DNA of 42,560 nt from a virus. Taxonomy: Duplodnaviria; Caudoviricetes. Of this stretch, positions 1-8,359 are shown piece after piece. How positions within the stretch are numbered: position 1 is the first letter of the stretch; every line of letters starts with the position of its first letter. The notes under the pieces were generated by a model that was not told the DNA's origin, made no database searches, and saw only the letters and a program-made list of their open reading frames with translations. Made by a program: the position numbers and the translations under genes. The DNA lies in the IMG/VR virus record IMGVR_UViG_3300032104_000069, positions 1 through 42,560 of that record. The stretch is one strand, 5' to 3'.

Positions 1-153
1 GATCGCGCGAGGTGGCCACCTCGAAAGGTCTGGGTTTTTCAACGATACAATCGCGGTCAATCGATTAGCCCAGAGATCAACCGCTGGGCACTCGCAGCCG
101 AGAATCTCGGTCAGGAATACGAGGTCGAGATCGGCGGCGAAAGCGCTGGATGA
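1..153 (+). CDS. 3' end of a hypothetical protein (partial)
   Basis: Frame +1 is open from the window start to TGA at 151-153 and converges on the leftward operon. Confidence 0.35.
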   Translation, partial: DRARWPPRKVWVFQRYNRGQSISPEINRWALAAENLGQEYEVEIGGESAG

Positions 154-170
154 GCAAACGAGCGCATCGA

Positions 171-611
171 TTAGCTTCCAATGCGATTGTGGGACCTCTT
201 TCGAAAGATCGAGTTTGGGTCCGGGACGTCGCTGATCTTCAGAATCGCTTCACAGATCGCACGATACGGAGTTGGCTGAGTTCCGCCACTTCCGCCACTT
301 CGTTTACTCATCGAGAATGATGCTCGCCACTGGCCGTCCGAAAGTAGTTCCAAATGGAATGGAATTCTGCGGCGATCAGCAAGGCGGCCCGCGGCAACCA
401 CTGCATCTTCAAGATCGTTAAACGGATCGAAGGTTCTACCTTCGCACGCGTCGAACGTAAAGAATTCGGTTTCGCCCTGATCATACGGATCCCACCATTT
501 TTTACGGTCATTCTTAAAGGGCCGCCAACCTAGGATTTCCGCGATCCGATCCGATACCGCGCCGCTATAGGACCAGTCATTCCAACCGACGCTCTTCCAA
601 TCGAGCTTCAT
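171..611 (-). CDS. Phage ABA-sandwich-like domain protein
   Basis: ATG at 611 has a GGAG RBS and overlaps the upstream stop (ATGA). Pattern AEILGW...FDPFNDLEDA...W.ASF...TPYRAICEAILK resembles this family. Confidence 0.6.
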   Translation of the reverse strand: MKLDWKSVGWNDWSYSGAVSDRIAEILGWRPFKNDRKKWWDPYDQGETEFFTFDACEGRTFDPFNDLEDAVVAAGRLADRRRIPFHLELLSDGQWRASFSMSKRSGGSGGTQPTPYRAICEAILKISDVPDPNSIFRKRSHNRIGS

Positions 612-967
612 GAAGGCTCCTGCGGAGATGCAGATTGCGGGCGATTGCCGCGCAGCTCGGCGAATCGGAGTGCATTCGGGCGCATTATTCGCCACCGCAC
701 CTGGGTACCGAGTCCAATATTGAACGCCTCGAGATCTCCATCCCGAATCAATGCGCGCACCGTGCTGACATTCACGTGCCACGCCTCAGCGAGCTCGCCC
801 GGCGTCAAGATTTCTCTTGAGAGCGGCGCGGCCAGAGCGATCGCCTCGACCAGGCGAGCATGGGTGGGCCCAATCAAATCGCGATGTTGATCAGCGAGCT
901 GCTCCAGAAGTTCAGCCGCCTCGTGCGCTGCGCCGACCAAGTCATACGGGTCAGGAGAGTTGCTCAC
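608..967 (-). CDS. Excisionase-like (HTH_17) DNA-binding protein
   Basis: Motif ILTPGELAEAWHVNVSTVRALIRDGDLEAFNIG..WRI. GTG start at 967 is coupled to the upstream TGA. Confidence 0.75.
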   Translation of the reverse strand: MSNSPDPYDLVGAAHEAAELLEQLADQHRDLIGPTHARLVEAIALAAPLSREILTPGELAEAWHVNVSTVRALIRDGDLEAFNIGLGTQVRWRIMRPNALRFAELRGNRPQSASPQEPS

Positions 968-1767
968 GGGCGATCTCTCCGTAGCGGTACCTGGCGATAG
1001 ACCATACCCAGTTCGCGTGTAGTGGCTCGTGACAGCTGTGTAAATCCCGATCCCGACGCGCAGTCCCGCATGGCTTCGGGGCGGATCGCGAAGTCCTGCA
1101 GCAATTCGAACCAAGTTGCCGGATCGGCCGGTACGACCACCTCGATGGGTAAAGGCTCGAGAGCATCGATGGTTTCACGACCACCGTCCAGCATTAACAC
1201 CGGCAGACTGCGGGCCATTAAGCCGCGCGCGGCGAGGGCCGCGCGCAATAGGTCCCTGGCGCGACCCACCGCGCCGCGGATCCGGTTGAGTGTAAAACCG
1301 CGAGGTGGCATCGTCCATCGCTGTGGATCGTCGAGAGCGAGCTCCGTAGCGAACGTGGCGACGTCCCCATAACTGCGATCTGTCATCAGATAGAGTTTAT
1401 ACAGGCGCCTGTCGTCCTCTGGCACCTCGTCGATCGCGCACTGGAGGTCGGCCAATTCGACGAGCCGGCGGTCGAACGCATGCGGCCGACCCGAAACCTG
1501 CCCCGAGTTGGGCAAGGCACATTCAATGTGGAATGACCAAACTGCACCACAGCGCCTACAACGATCGATCGAGATGCCGTCTCGTTTTGCACGAACTTCG
1601 TGGCGACGACTGTGGCCGCAGCCCGTGCAGTTTTCGGCGGCCACGCGGCCCTTCATTAGGAATGGATTGCAGCCGGTGGGGGACTCTTGTTTCTCGCGTA
1701 GGCGCCAGGCTAGGCGCATCGCGTCGTCCGGTCCGTTGATGAGCGGGTGCGTCATTTCAGCGCCCAT
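964..1767 (-). CDS. Putative transcription regulator: Zn-ribbon plus sigma-70 region 4-like HTH
   Basis: CTGC...CRRC pair, then LADLQCAIDEVPEDDRRLYKLYL..RSYGDVA...VGRARDLLRAAL, which resembles sigma region 4. Confidence 0.6.
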   Translation of the reverse strand: MGAEMTHPLINGPDDAMRLAWRLREKQESPTGCNPFLMKGRVAAENCTGCGHSRRHEVRAKRDGISIDRCRRCGAVWSFHIECALPNSGQVSGRPHAFDRRLVELADLQCAIDEVPEDDRRLYKLYLMTDRSYGDVATFATELALDDPQRWTMPPRGFTLNRIRGAVGRARDLLRAALAARGLMARSLPVLMLDGGRETIDALEPLPIEVVVPADPATWFELLQDFAIRPEAMRDCASGSGFTQLSRATTRELGMVYRQVPLRRDRP

Positions 1768-1786
1768 CAGCTGAGCCCTGAAGCGG

Positions 1787-2320
1787 TCAGCCCAACGATT
1801 TGAAAGGTTTCACTACTAGCTTGCGGTTTCCGGTTCGTTCGGTCTTCGTGAAGGTGTCAAAGACGTTCTTTGGCAAGTAACTCCGCAGCTTCGCGGTTCC
1901 GAACTCGATGAAATCCATCAATTGAGTCTTCGAGAAATTCTCCTCGATCCATTTCAGCAGACCCTTCTTGTTGATGACGGTCGTGCTGTTGGCCGACTTC
2001 GACAAGGTCACCCGGAAACGCTTACCAACCACCGAAGACTCTTCCTCTGCGATCTCTCCCTTCACGTATCCCAACTTCTTCCTCAGCGTTTCTTCCGCAA
2101 CCGCATATTGGGTTTGAAGACGTTGCAGCTCCAGGAAGGCCTTCGACTCGCTCAGCTTTTTTTGGCACGCGGCAATGGTAATTTCGAGATCACCAATCGC
2201 GTCGGCTGCGGCGGAATATCTTGTACGGAGTGAACGCTTGGCCACGGAGTCAACTTTATTCCGTTTCAGAGCGACTCCCCATTCTTCACGGCTCCGACCC
2301 GGCCGAATTCCACGTTGCAA
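1787..2320 (-). CDS. Hypothetical basic coiled-coil phage protein (start uncertain)
   Basis: Long ORF heading the leftward operon, with an N-terminal coiled coil and a Lys-rich C-terminus. Confidence 0.6.
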   Translation of the reverse strand: MQRGIRPGRSREEWGVALKRNKVDSVAKRSLRTRYSAAADAIGDLEITIAACQKKLSESKAFLELQRLQTQYAVAEETLRKKLGYVKGEIAEEESSVVGKRFRVTLSKSANSTTVINKKGLLKWIEENFSKTQLMDFIEFGTAKLRSYLPKNVFDTFTKTERTGNRKLVVKPFKSLG

Positions 2321-2395
2321 AATCGGGATTTAGGCGATTATTCGGGAAGTAGGCGAGTATTGCGGAAATTAATTTGCTCGATTTGAAAAAGCTTG

Positions 2396-2424
2396 TTGAC
2401 GAACCACAGCAAACTGCCCATATT
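2396..2424 (+). promoter_or_regulatory. Sigma70-type rightward promoter (candidate late promoter)
   Basis: TTGACG (2396-2401), 17-bp spacer, CATATT (2419-2424), with an AT-rich stretch upstream. Confidence 0.6.
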
Positions 2425-2479
2425 CGCCAGGTCTGAGACGTGAAGGCTCAGACCGTCATCCCCCCCTTGTGAACGCGAT

Positions 2480-2519
2480 TGCGCCGCCCTGGTGTGGTCC
2501 TGGGGCGGCGCAGCCATTT
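2480..2519 (+). terminator. Intrinsic terminator-like hairpin
   Basis: TGCGCCGCCC (2480-2489) pairs with GGGCGGCGCA (2503-2512). The U-tract is weak (GCCATTTC). Confidence 0.45.
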
Positions 2520-2607
2520 CAAGCGCGCAATCACCGAACGGTCATTCCACTTGCATAAAACCGATCAGCAGCGCGTGATCACCCTCGCAACTTTCCTTTT
2601 TTACAAT

Positions 2608-2890
2608 GGAGAGTGTACCGCTTGGGATCCCAACGACGCGCGATCGTGCTCTACCGCTGCCCGCCGCTTTCTGCTTGGCTTTCAGTGAAGGCCTGCACCG
2701 GCAATCACGATCGGGCAGAACATGCGCCTACCGAACCGCTCTGGCGGGCGGCGGCACTTTCCCGCTCCAAACGGGTCGCGGCTTTTTCCGCTGCACGTCT
2801 ACGTGAGAGCTGTATCGGTTGCCCGGGGGTACGCAAACTCCGGCAGCGAGAGCTTACGCCGCCCGAGCGGCGAGTCGCTTCGACATAGGA
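2608..2890 (+). ncRNA. Candidate structured non-coding RNA with a pseudoknot
   Basis: Nested helices 2608-2615/2755-2762, 2654-2665/2743-2754, 2669-2676/2713-2720 and 2677-2683/2687-2693; crossing helix 2641-2648/2706-2713; several further hairpins to 2884. No convincing ORF covers the region. Confidence 0.5.
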
Positions 2891-2967
2891 ATTCTGAATA
2901 TGGGCACGTTGCCATAGGAAGTTTCTCGCGAAGAAGAACCGTGTTCATAAGCGCGGAGGAAACCGAG

Positions 2968-3327
2968 TTGGCGAAAAAGGAAGCGAGCGGGAAGAACAAT
3001 TCGGCCAAGAAGTCTTCGGCGCCGAAGAGTGCGAAGAAGTCGGCGCGAAAGAAGATGGCGGATGATCCCAGGCCGGCCCGCCCTAATCAGGCTCCTGGGC
3101 CCAAGAGGCCGAGCCGAGACCTCCCAACGCTCAACGAATGGAACGACAGTCGCTATGCACATTGGCGCGATCCGGAATCGCGCAAACCCAAGCACAACGA
3201 AATTGCCTGCCCGAACTGCGGCGAGGAGCTTTTCGATCGCACCCCGGGTCTAATCGAGCCGGGCAATCCGCCGCGCATCGAAGTCCATTGCGCAGCCTGT
3301 GAATACCGCGGACGCCGGGTCGCCTGA
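2968..3327 (+). CDS. Small Zn-ribbon protein with a Lys/Ala/Ser-rich basic N-terminus
   Basis: GGAGG RBS precedes TTG at 2968. Sequence AKKEASGKNNSAKKSSAPKSAKKS, then CPNC...CAAC. Confidence 0.7.
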   Translation: MAKKEASGKNNSAKKSSAPKSAKKSARKKMADDPRPARPNQAPGPKRPSRDLPTLNEWNDSRYAHWRDPESRKPKHNEIACPNCGEELFDRTPGLIEPGNPPRIEVHCAACEYRGRRVA

Positions 3328-3336
3328 GCGTCACCA

Positions 3337-3897
3337 ATGCCGAGCCTTCAGGTCAAGCTCGACATCGATCCGGTTCTCCGATCGCTCGATCGATTGGGGA
3401 TCCAACTCGCCGAAAAGGCGATCACGCGTTCATTGAAACGAACGATCAACAGCGTGAAAGTCGACGCCTCGCGCAAGGTCCGCGCGGAGCTGAATATCAA
3501 GGCCAAGCGCGTCAACCAAGCTCTGGCAGTGCGGCGTGTTCACAAGGGCGCGCTACAGGCTGAGCTCGCGATCCGAAGCCAGCCCGTGCCATTGAGCCGC
3601 TATGGAGCCCGACAGACAGCTCGCGGTGTCAGCGTGAAGATCAAGCGCCAAGGCGGGCGCAAAGTTTTGCGTGGCACGTTTCTCGCGATGACGAAGTCTG
3701 GGCACGTGGGCGTGTTCGCTCGAAGGGGAGCCGCCCGACTTCCAATCGGTGGCCCGAAGCGTCGCCAAGATCAGTTCTACTCGACGTCGGTCGCTCAGTT
3801 CCTAGATGACGAGCGCGTGCTAAACCAGATCGGAGAGGCCGCGCAAGATCGTTTCATCAAGGAGCTATCGAGCCAGGTTGATTTTCTGCTTCGATAG
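3337..3897 (+). CDS. Lambda gpZ-like minor tail protein
   Basis: Basic 186-aa protein with AITRSLKRT...FLAMTKSGHVGVFARRGAARLPI, typical of the Minor_tail_Z family. Confidence 0.75.
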   Translation: MPSLQVKLDIDPVLRSLDRLGIQLAEKAITRSLKRTINSVKVDASRKVRAELNIKAKRVNQALAVRRVHKGALQAELAIRSQPVPLSRYGARQTARGVSVKIKRQGGRKVLRGTFLAMTKSGHVGVFARRGAARLPIGGPKRRQDQFYSTSVAQFLDDERVLNQIGEAAQDRFIKELSSQVDFLLR

Positions 3898-4121
3898 TGC
3901 AGAGATGAGAGAAGGGAAGCTGAGCGGCGTAACGACGATGCGAGTCCCGGGAAGCTCGCCATCGGATGAGTCCGCGTTGACGCTTCCTTCCTCTTCTGCG
4001 TTGACGCTACGAGGAGCAGCCCCCCGGCCGGCACGTTCTCGCCGCACTGCGAGCAGCTGGTCGGCTCGTAAGCGTCGCCATCCGAGACGTTTTCGCCTGA
4101 TTTGATGAACTTGAGCTTCAC
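3865..4121 (-). pseudogene. Small Zn-finger-like gene, apparently frameshifted near 4008
   Basis: GTG at 4121 is coupled to the upstream stop and gives CSQC. A protein-like continuation (…PLSFPSLISAL) is in another frame ending at 3865. Confidence 0.3.
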
Positions 4122-4342
4122 GGAGAAGGGCTCTTCGAGGTGTGATCGGGTCGCCGGTGGCTCGGATACACCAGCGCGCGATCGACCGATTTGTCGGCTT
4201 TGAGTTTGGTTAGAAGGCCGTGGAAATCATCGTCACGGATGTCTCTCAACGTCGAGTTGTAGCAGCCTTCGTTTTCCCAGGCGACGATGGCGTCCAGGAT
4301 GATCCCCCGCTCGCGGTCGGTCAGGGTTACATTGAAGTCCAT
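4118..4342 (-). CDS. Hypothetical protein
   Basis: 74-aa ORF with protein-like composition and a coupled downstream start. Confidence 0.5.
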   Translation of the reverse strand: MDFNVTLTDRERGIILDAIVAWENEGCYNSTLRDIRDDDFHGLLTKLKADKSVDRALVYPSHRRPDHTSKSPSP

Positions 4343-4586
4343 ACGGGGAAGACTAGCCGAACGGAGGATCGCTCTGCGACGGCTGGCTCGAGGTGCCGAT
4401 GCCGATCCGATACAACTTTCGAGTGAAGCTCCGCTGGTGGGTCATGCCGTATCTGCGACTTTGCCGATACGTGGCCGCCTGCGGCATCGCGATGGACCTC
4501 GACCGCGTGAAGGCGAACGTGCTGAGCGGCATTCGAGTATCTAGCCGCCGGCTTTCGGGGGCACACTGACCAGCGGCTCGACGGCG

Positions 4587-4640
4587 CGGGTCCTTTCCGG
4601 CCATTTCCACAGAGCGGGTAACGCAGAGGGGCACGGTTCG
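4587..4640 (+). other. Putative cos packaging site (cosQ, with cosN expected just downstream)
   Basis: CGGGTCCTTTCCGG (4587-4600) contains lambda cosQ GGGTCCT and its flanking bases. It lies upstream of the MTase-terS-terL genes. Confidence 0.65.
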
Positions 4641-4695
4641 TCTAGTTTTAGGGGAATTTAATGGGGCTGTTTCGTTTCGCTTTTGGACAGTAGCC

Positions 4696-5931
4696 TTGAA
4701 GATCGAGACCATCCAGCTGTCGAAGATCCGGCCGTATGCTCGGAACCCCCGGGTGAACGACGATGTGGTCGAGAAGCTCGTCGACTCCCTTACCGCTTTT
4801 GGCTGGCGGCAGCCCATCGTCGTTGACGACAAGATGGTGATCGTGGTCGGTCACGCGCGGTACGCGGCCGCGCAGCGACTGGGCTTCAAGTCCGCGCCGG
4901 TTCACGTCGCCAAGGACCTCTCGGCGGCGCAATTGAAGGCCTATCGGTTGATGGATAACCGGTCGCGCGAGGGCGGCCGGTGGGATCCAGACCTTCTGGC
5001 GCTCGAGCTCGGAGATCTCGACGCCGAGGAGCTGCCGCTTTCGGCGACGGGTTTTGACGACTCCGAACTTCGCGAGCTGCTCGGAACGCAGATGTTCGTC
5101 GGCCTGGTGGAGGACGACGACGTCGAGCCGGTGGCGAGCCCGCCGGCGGCGCGCAGCCAAACAGGCGACCTGTTCATTCTGGGTCCGCACCGGGTTCTGT
5201 GTGGCGATGCGTGCTCTGCATCGAGCGTCGCGGTGCTGATGGGAAAGAAGCCGGCGGCGATGTGCTTCACCGACCCGCCGTACAACGTCGATTATCGCGG
5301 TGGCAGAGGGAATCCGCGGACCGCGATCGCGAATGACAAGCTCGCCGATCTGCCGTTTCGCGACTTTCTGCGTCGCGGCCTTGGCGTGCTCTCGCAGTGC
5401 ATGAAGCCCGGCGCGGGGATTTACGTTGCGCACCCGGAGACAGAGCGTCTCAACTTTCAGCGGGCCTTTATTGGCGCGGGTTTCAAGCTCTCGAGCTGCT
5501 TGATCTGGAAAAAGGACAGCTTCGTGATGGGGCGCGCGGACTACCACTGGCAGCACGAGTCGATTCTCTACGGCTGGAAGGACGGGGGAAGCCATCGGTG
5601 GAACGGGCGCCGGTCGGAATCGACGATCCTCGAATTCGCGCGTCCGAAACGCAGCGAGGAGCACCCGACCATGAAGCCCGTCGACCTGGTGGCCTATCTG
5701 ATTGGGAATAGCTCGGTCGATGGCGACGTGATCGTGGATACATTTGCGGGCTCCGGGTCGACGCTGATCGCGTGCCACCGAGAGGGCCGGATCGCGCGAC
5801 TTGCTGAAATCGATCCGATCTATGTCGACGTAATCGTGCGCCGCTGGCAGGCCTACACCGGCGAAGTGGCCAAGCGGGAAGGCGGCGGGAAGCTCTTCGA
5901 CGAGCTCCAGCTCATGCCGATCGCGGCCTGA
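4696..5931 (+). CDS. ParB-like N-terminal domain fused to an N6/N4 DNA methyltransferase
   Basis: YARNPR..FGWRQPIVVD..GHAR (ParB-like). DPPY precedes DTFAGSGST (beta-class order). HPTMKP motif. Confidence 0.93.
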   Translation: MKIETIQLSKIRPYARNPRVNDDVVEKLVDSLTAFGWRQPIVVDDKMVIVVGHARYAAAQRLGFKSAPVHVAKDLSAAQLKAYRLMDNRSREGGRWDPDLLALELGDLDAEELPLSATGFDDSELRELLGTQMFVGLVEDDDVEPVASPPAARSQTGDLFILGPHRVLCGDACSASSVAVLMGKKPAAMCFTDPPYNVDYRGGRGNPRTAIANDKLADLPFRDFLRRGLGVLSQCMKPGAGIYVAHPETERLNFQRAFIGAGFKLSSCLIWKKDSFVMGRADYHWQHESILYGWKDGGSHRWNGRRSESTILEFARPKRSEEHPTMKPVDLVAYLIGNSSVDGDVIVDTFAGSGSTLIACHREGRIARLAEIDPIYVDVIVRRWQAYTGEVAKREGGGKLFDELQLMPIAA

Positions 5932-6480
5932 ATGGTGACCGGTAATCTACAGTCAGTCCGGGTGATCGCTCGGATTCTGAATTTGACGGAGCGGCGAGTT
6001 CAGCAACTCGCGTCCGAGGGGATCATCCCGAAGGCTTCGAGAGGTCGGTATGATTTTGTCGAGTCGGTGCGAGGCTACATCGGCCATCTACGGGAAGAGA
6101 TCGACACTCGCCAGCCGGGAAAAATCACCGTCCTCGAAGACCAGCGAACTCGGTTGACCCGAGCGCGGGCAGGTCTTGCGGAGCTCGACGAATGCGAGCG
6201 CCGGGGTGAACTCGTCCCAACCGTTCAGATCGAAAAATTCCTGACCTCGATACTTTCGCGGGTGCGACAGGGCATTTTGACCCTGCCGAGCCGCGCGGCC
6301 CCGAAAGCCCATGACGCGAAAACGGTCCCGCAAGTCGAGCGGATCATCCTCGGCTGCTGCCAAGAGGTCCTCAAGGAGATCTCGGAAACGCGTATCGACT
6401 TCGAAACTGTCTCTCAGGGGATCACCGGCTCTCGAGCCGATCGCAAGGCTGTCATTCCGGATCCTCCGGCCCCCGCCTAG
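5932..6480 (+). CDS. terS: Terminase small subunit (Nu1-like)
   Basis: wHTH IARILNLTERRVQQL..GRYD followed by RGELVP; lies directly before terL. Confidence 0.88.
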   Translation: MVTGNLQSVRVIARILNLTERRVQQLASEGIIPKASRGRYDFVESVRGYIGHLREEIDTRQPGKITVLEDQRTRLTRARAGLAELDECERRGELVPTVQIEKFLTSILSRVRQGILTLPSRAAPKAHDAKTVPQVERIILGCCQEVLKEISETRIDFETVSQGITGSRADRKAVIPDPPAPA

Positions 6481-8350
6481 TCTCACGCTCAGCGAGTGGG
6501 CCGATCAGAACCGAATCGTGAGTCGGGGTGCCGCCGAGGCGGGGCCCTGGCGGACGTCGCGCGTTCCGTACATGCGCGAGGTGATGGACTGTTTCACCGA
6601 TCCGCTGGTAGAGCGGGTGGTCTGCAAGTTCGGCGCGCAGCTCTCGAAGACCGAGAGCGCGGTCCTGAATCCGGTGGGCTACTTCATCGACCAGGACCCT
6701 GCCCATATTCTGATCGTCGAGCCCCGGGAATTCGACGCCAAGAAGGTGTCGAAGAAGCGGCTGGCGCCGATGATCCGGGACACGCCGTGCCTTCGCGCCA
6801 AGGTCAAGGATCCGCGCGCGCGCGATAGCCAGAATACGATCCTCCAGAAGGAGTTTCCCGGTGGCAGCCTGACGCTGGCCGGCGCCAATTCGCCGGCGGG
6901 ACTCGCGGGCGACTACGTCCGGGTGCTGCTGTTTGATGAGGTCTCGAGGTTCCCGGCGAGCGCGGGCGCGGAGGGCGACCCGGTAGAGATTGCCGAAGCG
7001 CGGACAACGACGTTTCCGAATCGGAAAATTGCGATGAGTTCGTCGCCGACCGACGAGGGTTCATGCCGCATCTCGAAGGCCTACGAGGACAGCGATCAGC
7101 GAAGCTACTTCGTCCCGTGTCCCAAGTGTGGCGCCACACAGACGCTCCGATGGAAGCAGGTCAAGTGGGATAAGGACGCGAAGGGGAACCACAAGCCAGA
7201 GACCGCGCGGTATCACTGCGAGGCGTGTGACAAGCCGTGGTCCGAGGCGGAACGCCACGAGGCCGTTCGGCTTGGCGAATGGATGGCTTCGGAGCGGTTC
7301 GATGGGACCGCGGGCTTTCACCTGAATGCGCTCTATGCGCCGTGGTCGAACCTCTCGCTTCCGAAGCTGGCGCAAAAATGGCTGAAGACTCGACGGCGTC
7401 CGCTGATGCTGAAAGCCTTCGTCAACACCGTGCTCGCGGAGGAATGGAAGGAACGTTACGAGACGGTGCGCCACGATTTGGCGAAGCGCCGTGAATCGTA
7501 TCCAGAGCGCGATGGCGCGGTGGTCGTTCCCAACGGCGTGGTCGTGATCACGGCCGGCGTCGATATCCAGGACGACCGGATCGAGGTGCAGATCAAGGGC
7601 TACGGGCTCGAGGATGAGCGGTGGGTGCTGGAATATCACGTCCTCGACGGCGATCCCTCGACCAACGCGCCTTGGGTGGCGCTCTGGGATCTCCTGTGCC
7701 GGCCGATCGCGATGGAACGCGGGGGATTGGACTACATCCGTGCAACCGGCGTCGACACGGGCCATCACACGCTTCGAGCCTACGACTTCTGCCGGCCACG
7801 GGCACGGATTCAGACCGCGGATGGCCGGCTGGCCTACGTTTTCGCCCTCAAAGGCCAGGGTGGGACCACTGGGGATATTTGGGTCACCAGGCCCAACCGC
7901 TCCAACAAGGGAAAGATCCCGCTCTATACGGTCCGGGTCGATCCCGCGAAGGAGGCTCTTTACACGAGCCTCCAGAAGATGCTAGAGGCCGGGCCCGGGT
8001 ATCTGCACTTCCCACTCTCGGTCGCTTCTGGCAAGGAGCTTGATCAAGAGTATTTCGATCAGCTCACATCGGAGAAAGTCGCTCCGCGAGTGGATGCCCG
8101 CGGCTTCGAGAAGCGCGTCTGGGAGCTTCGCTCCGAGGGCCGTCGCAATGAGGCGCTCGACACATCGAATTATGCGGACGCGGCGTTCTATGGGCTCTGC
8201 CGAATGGGGCTCGATCTTGAGCGCGAAGCAAAAAAGATCGGGCTGGAGAACCAGGCCGCAGATCCGAAGTCGACCCCATCGACCACGACTGAACCGAAGA
8301 AGCCGAAGCGGCGGAAAAGCCGTCGTCGGTGGGAGAGTGCGCGCCTGTGA
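6311..8350 (+). CDS. terL: Terminase large subunit, lambda gpA family (true start probably ~100 bp downstream)
   Basis: LSEWAD, PYMRE, AQLSKTE, LLFDE, SSPT, CPKC/CEAC, AGVDIQDDRIE, VDTG and RRNEALD motifs. Confidence 0.96.
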   Translation: MTRKRSRKSSGSSSAAAKRSSRRSRKRVSTSKLSLRGSPALEPIARLSFRILRPPPSLTLSEWADQNRIVSRGAAEAGPWRTSRVPYMREVMDCFTDPLVERVVCKFGAQLSKTESAVLNPVGYFIDQDPAHILIVEPREFDAKKVSKKRLAPMIRDTPCLRAKVKDPRARDSQNTILQKEFPGGSLTLAGANSPAGLAGDYVRVLLFDEVSRFPASAGAEGDPVEIAEARTTTFPNRKIAMSSSPTDEGSCRISKAYEDSDQRSYFVPCPKCGATQTLRWKQVKWDKDAKGNHKPETARYHCEACDKPWSEAERHEAVRLGEWMASERFDGTAGFHLNALYAPWSNLSLPKLAQKWLKTRRRPLMLKAFVNTVLAEEWKERYETVRHDLAKRRESYPERDGAVVVPNGVVVITAGVDIQDDRIEVQIKGYGLEDERWVLEYHVLDGDPSTNAPWVALWDLLCRPIAMERGGLDYIRATGVDTGHHTLRAYDFCRPRARIQTADGRLAYVFALKGQGGTTGDIWVTRPNRSNKGKIPLYTVRVDPAKEALYTSLQKMLEAGPGYLHFPLSVASGKELDQEYFDQLTSEKVAPRVDARGFEKRVWELRSEGRRNEALDTSNYADAAFYGLCRMGLDLEREAKKIGLENQAADPKSTPSTTTEPKKPKRRKSRRRWESARL

Positions 8351-8359
8351 GGGGAATCG

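Noticed and set aside
2641-2754. HDV-like/theta ribozyme
   Set aside because: The crossing helix order is similar, but about 40 nt separate the P2 5' and P1 3' strands, far more than the P3/L3 core allows.
2722-2967. N-terminal extension of ORF 2722-3327 and other short ORFs at 2479-2888
   Set aside because: They lack an RBS and protein-like composition, while a strong GGAGG precedes TTG at 2968.
3974-4008. GCGTTGACGCT direct repeat as a regulatory site
   Set aside because: There are only two copies, 24 bp apart, best explained as a small in-frame duplication (SVNA..SVNA).
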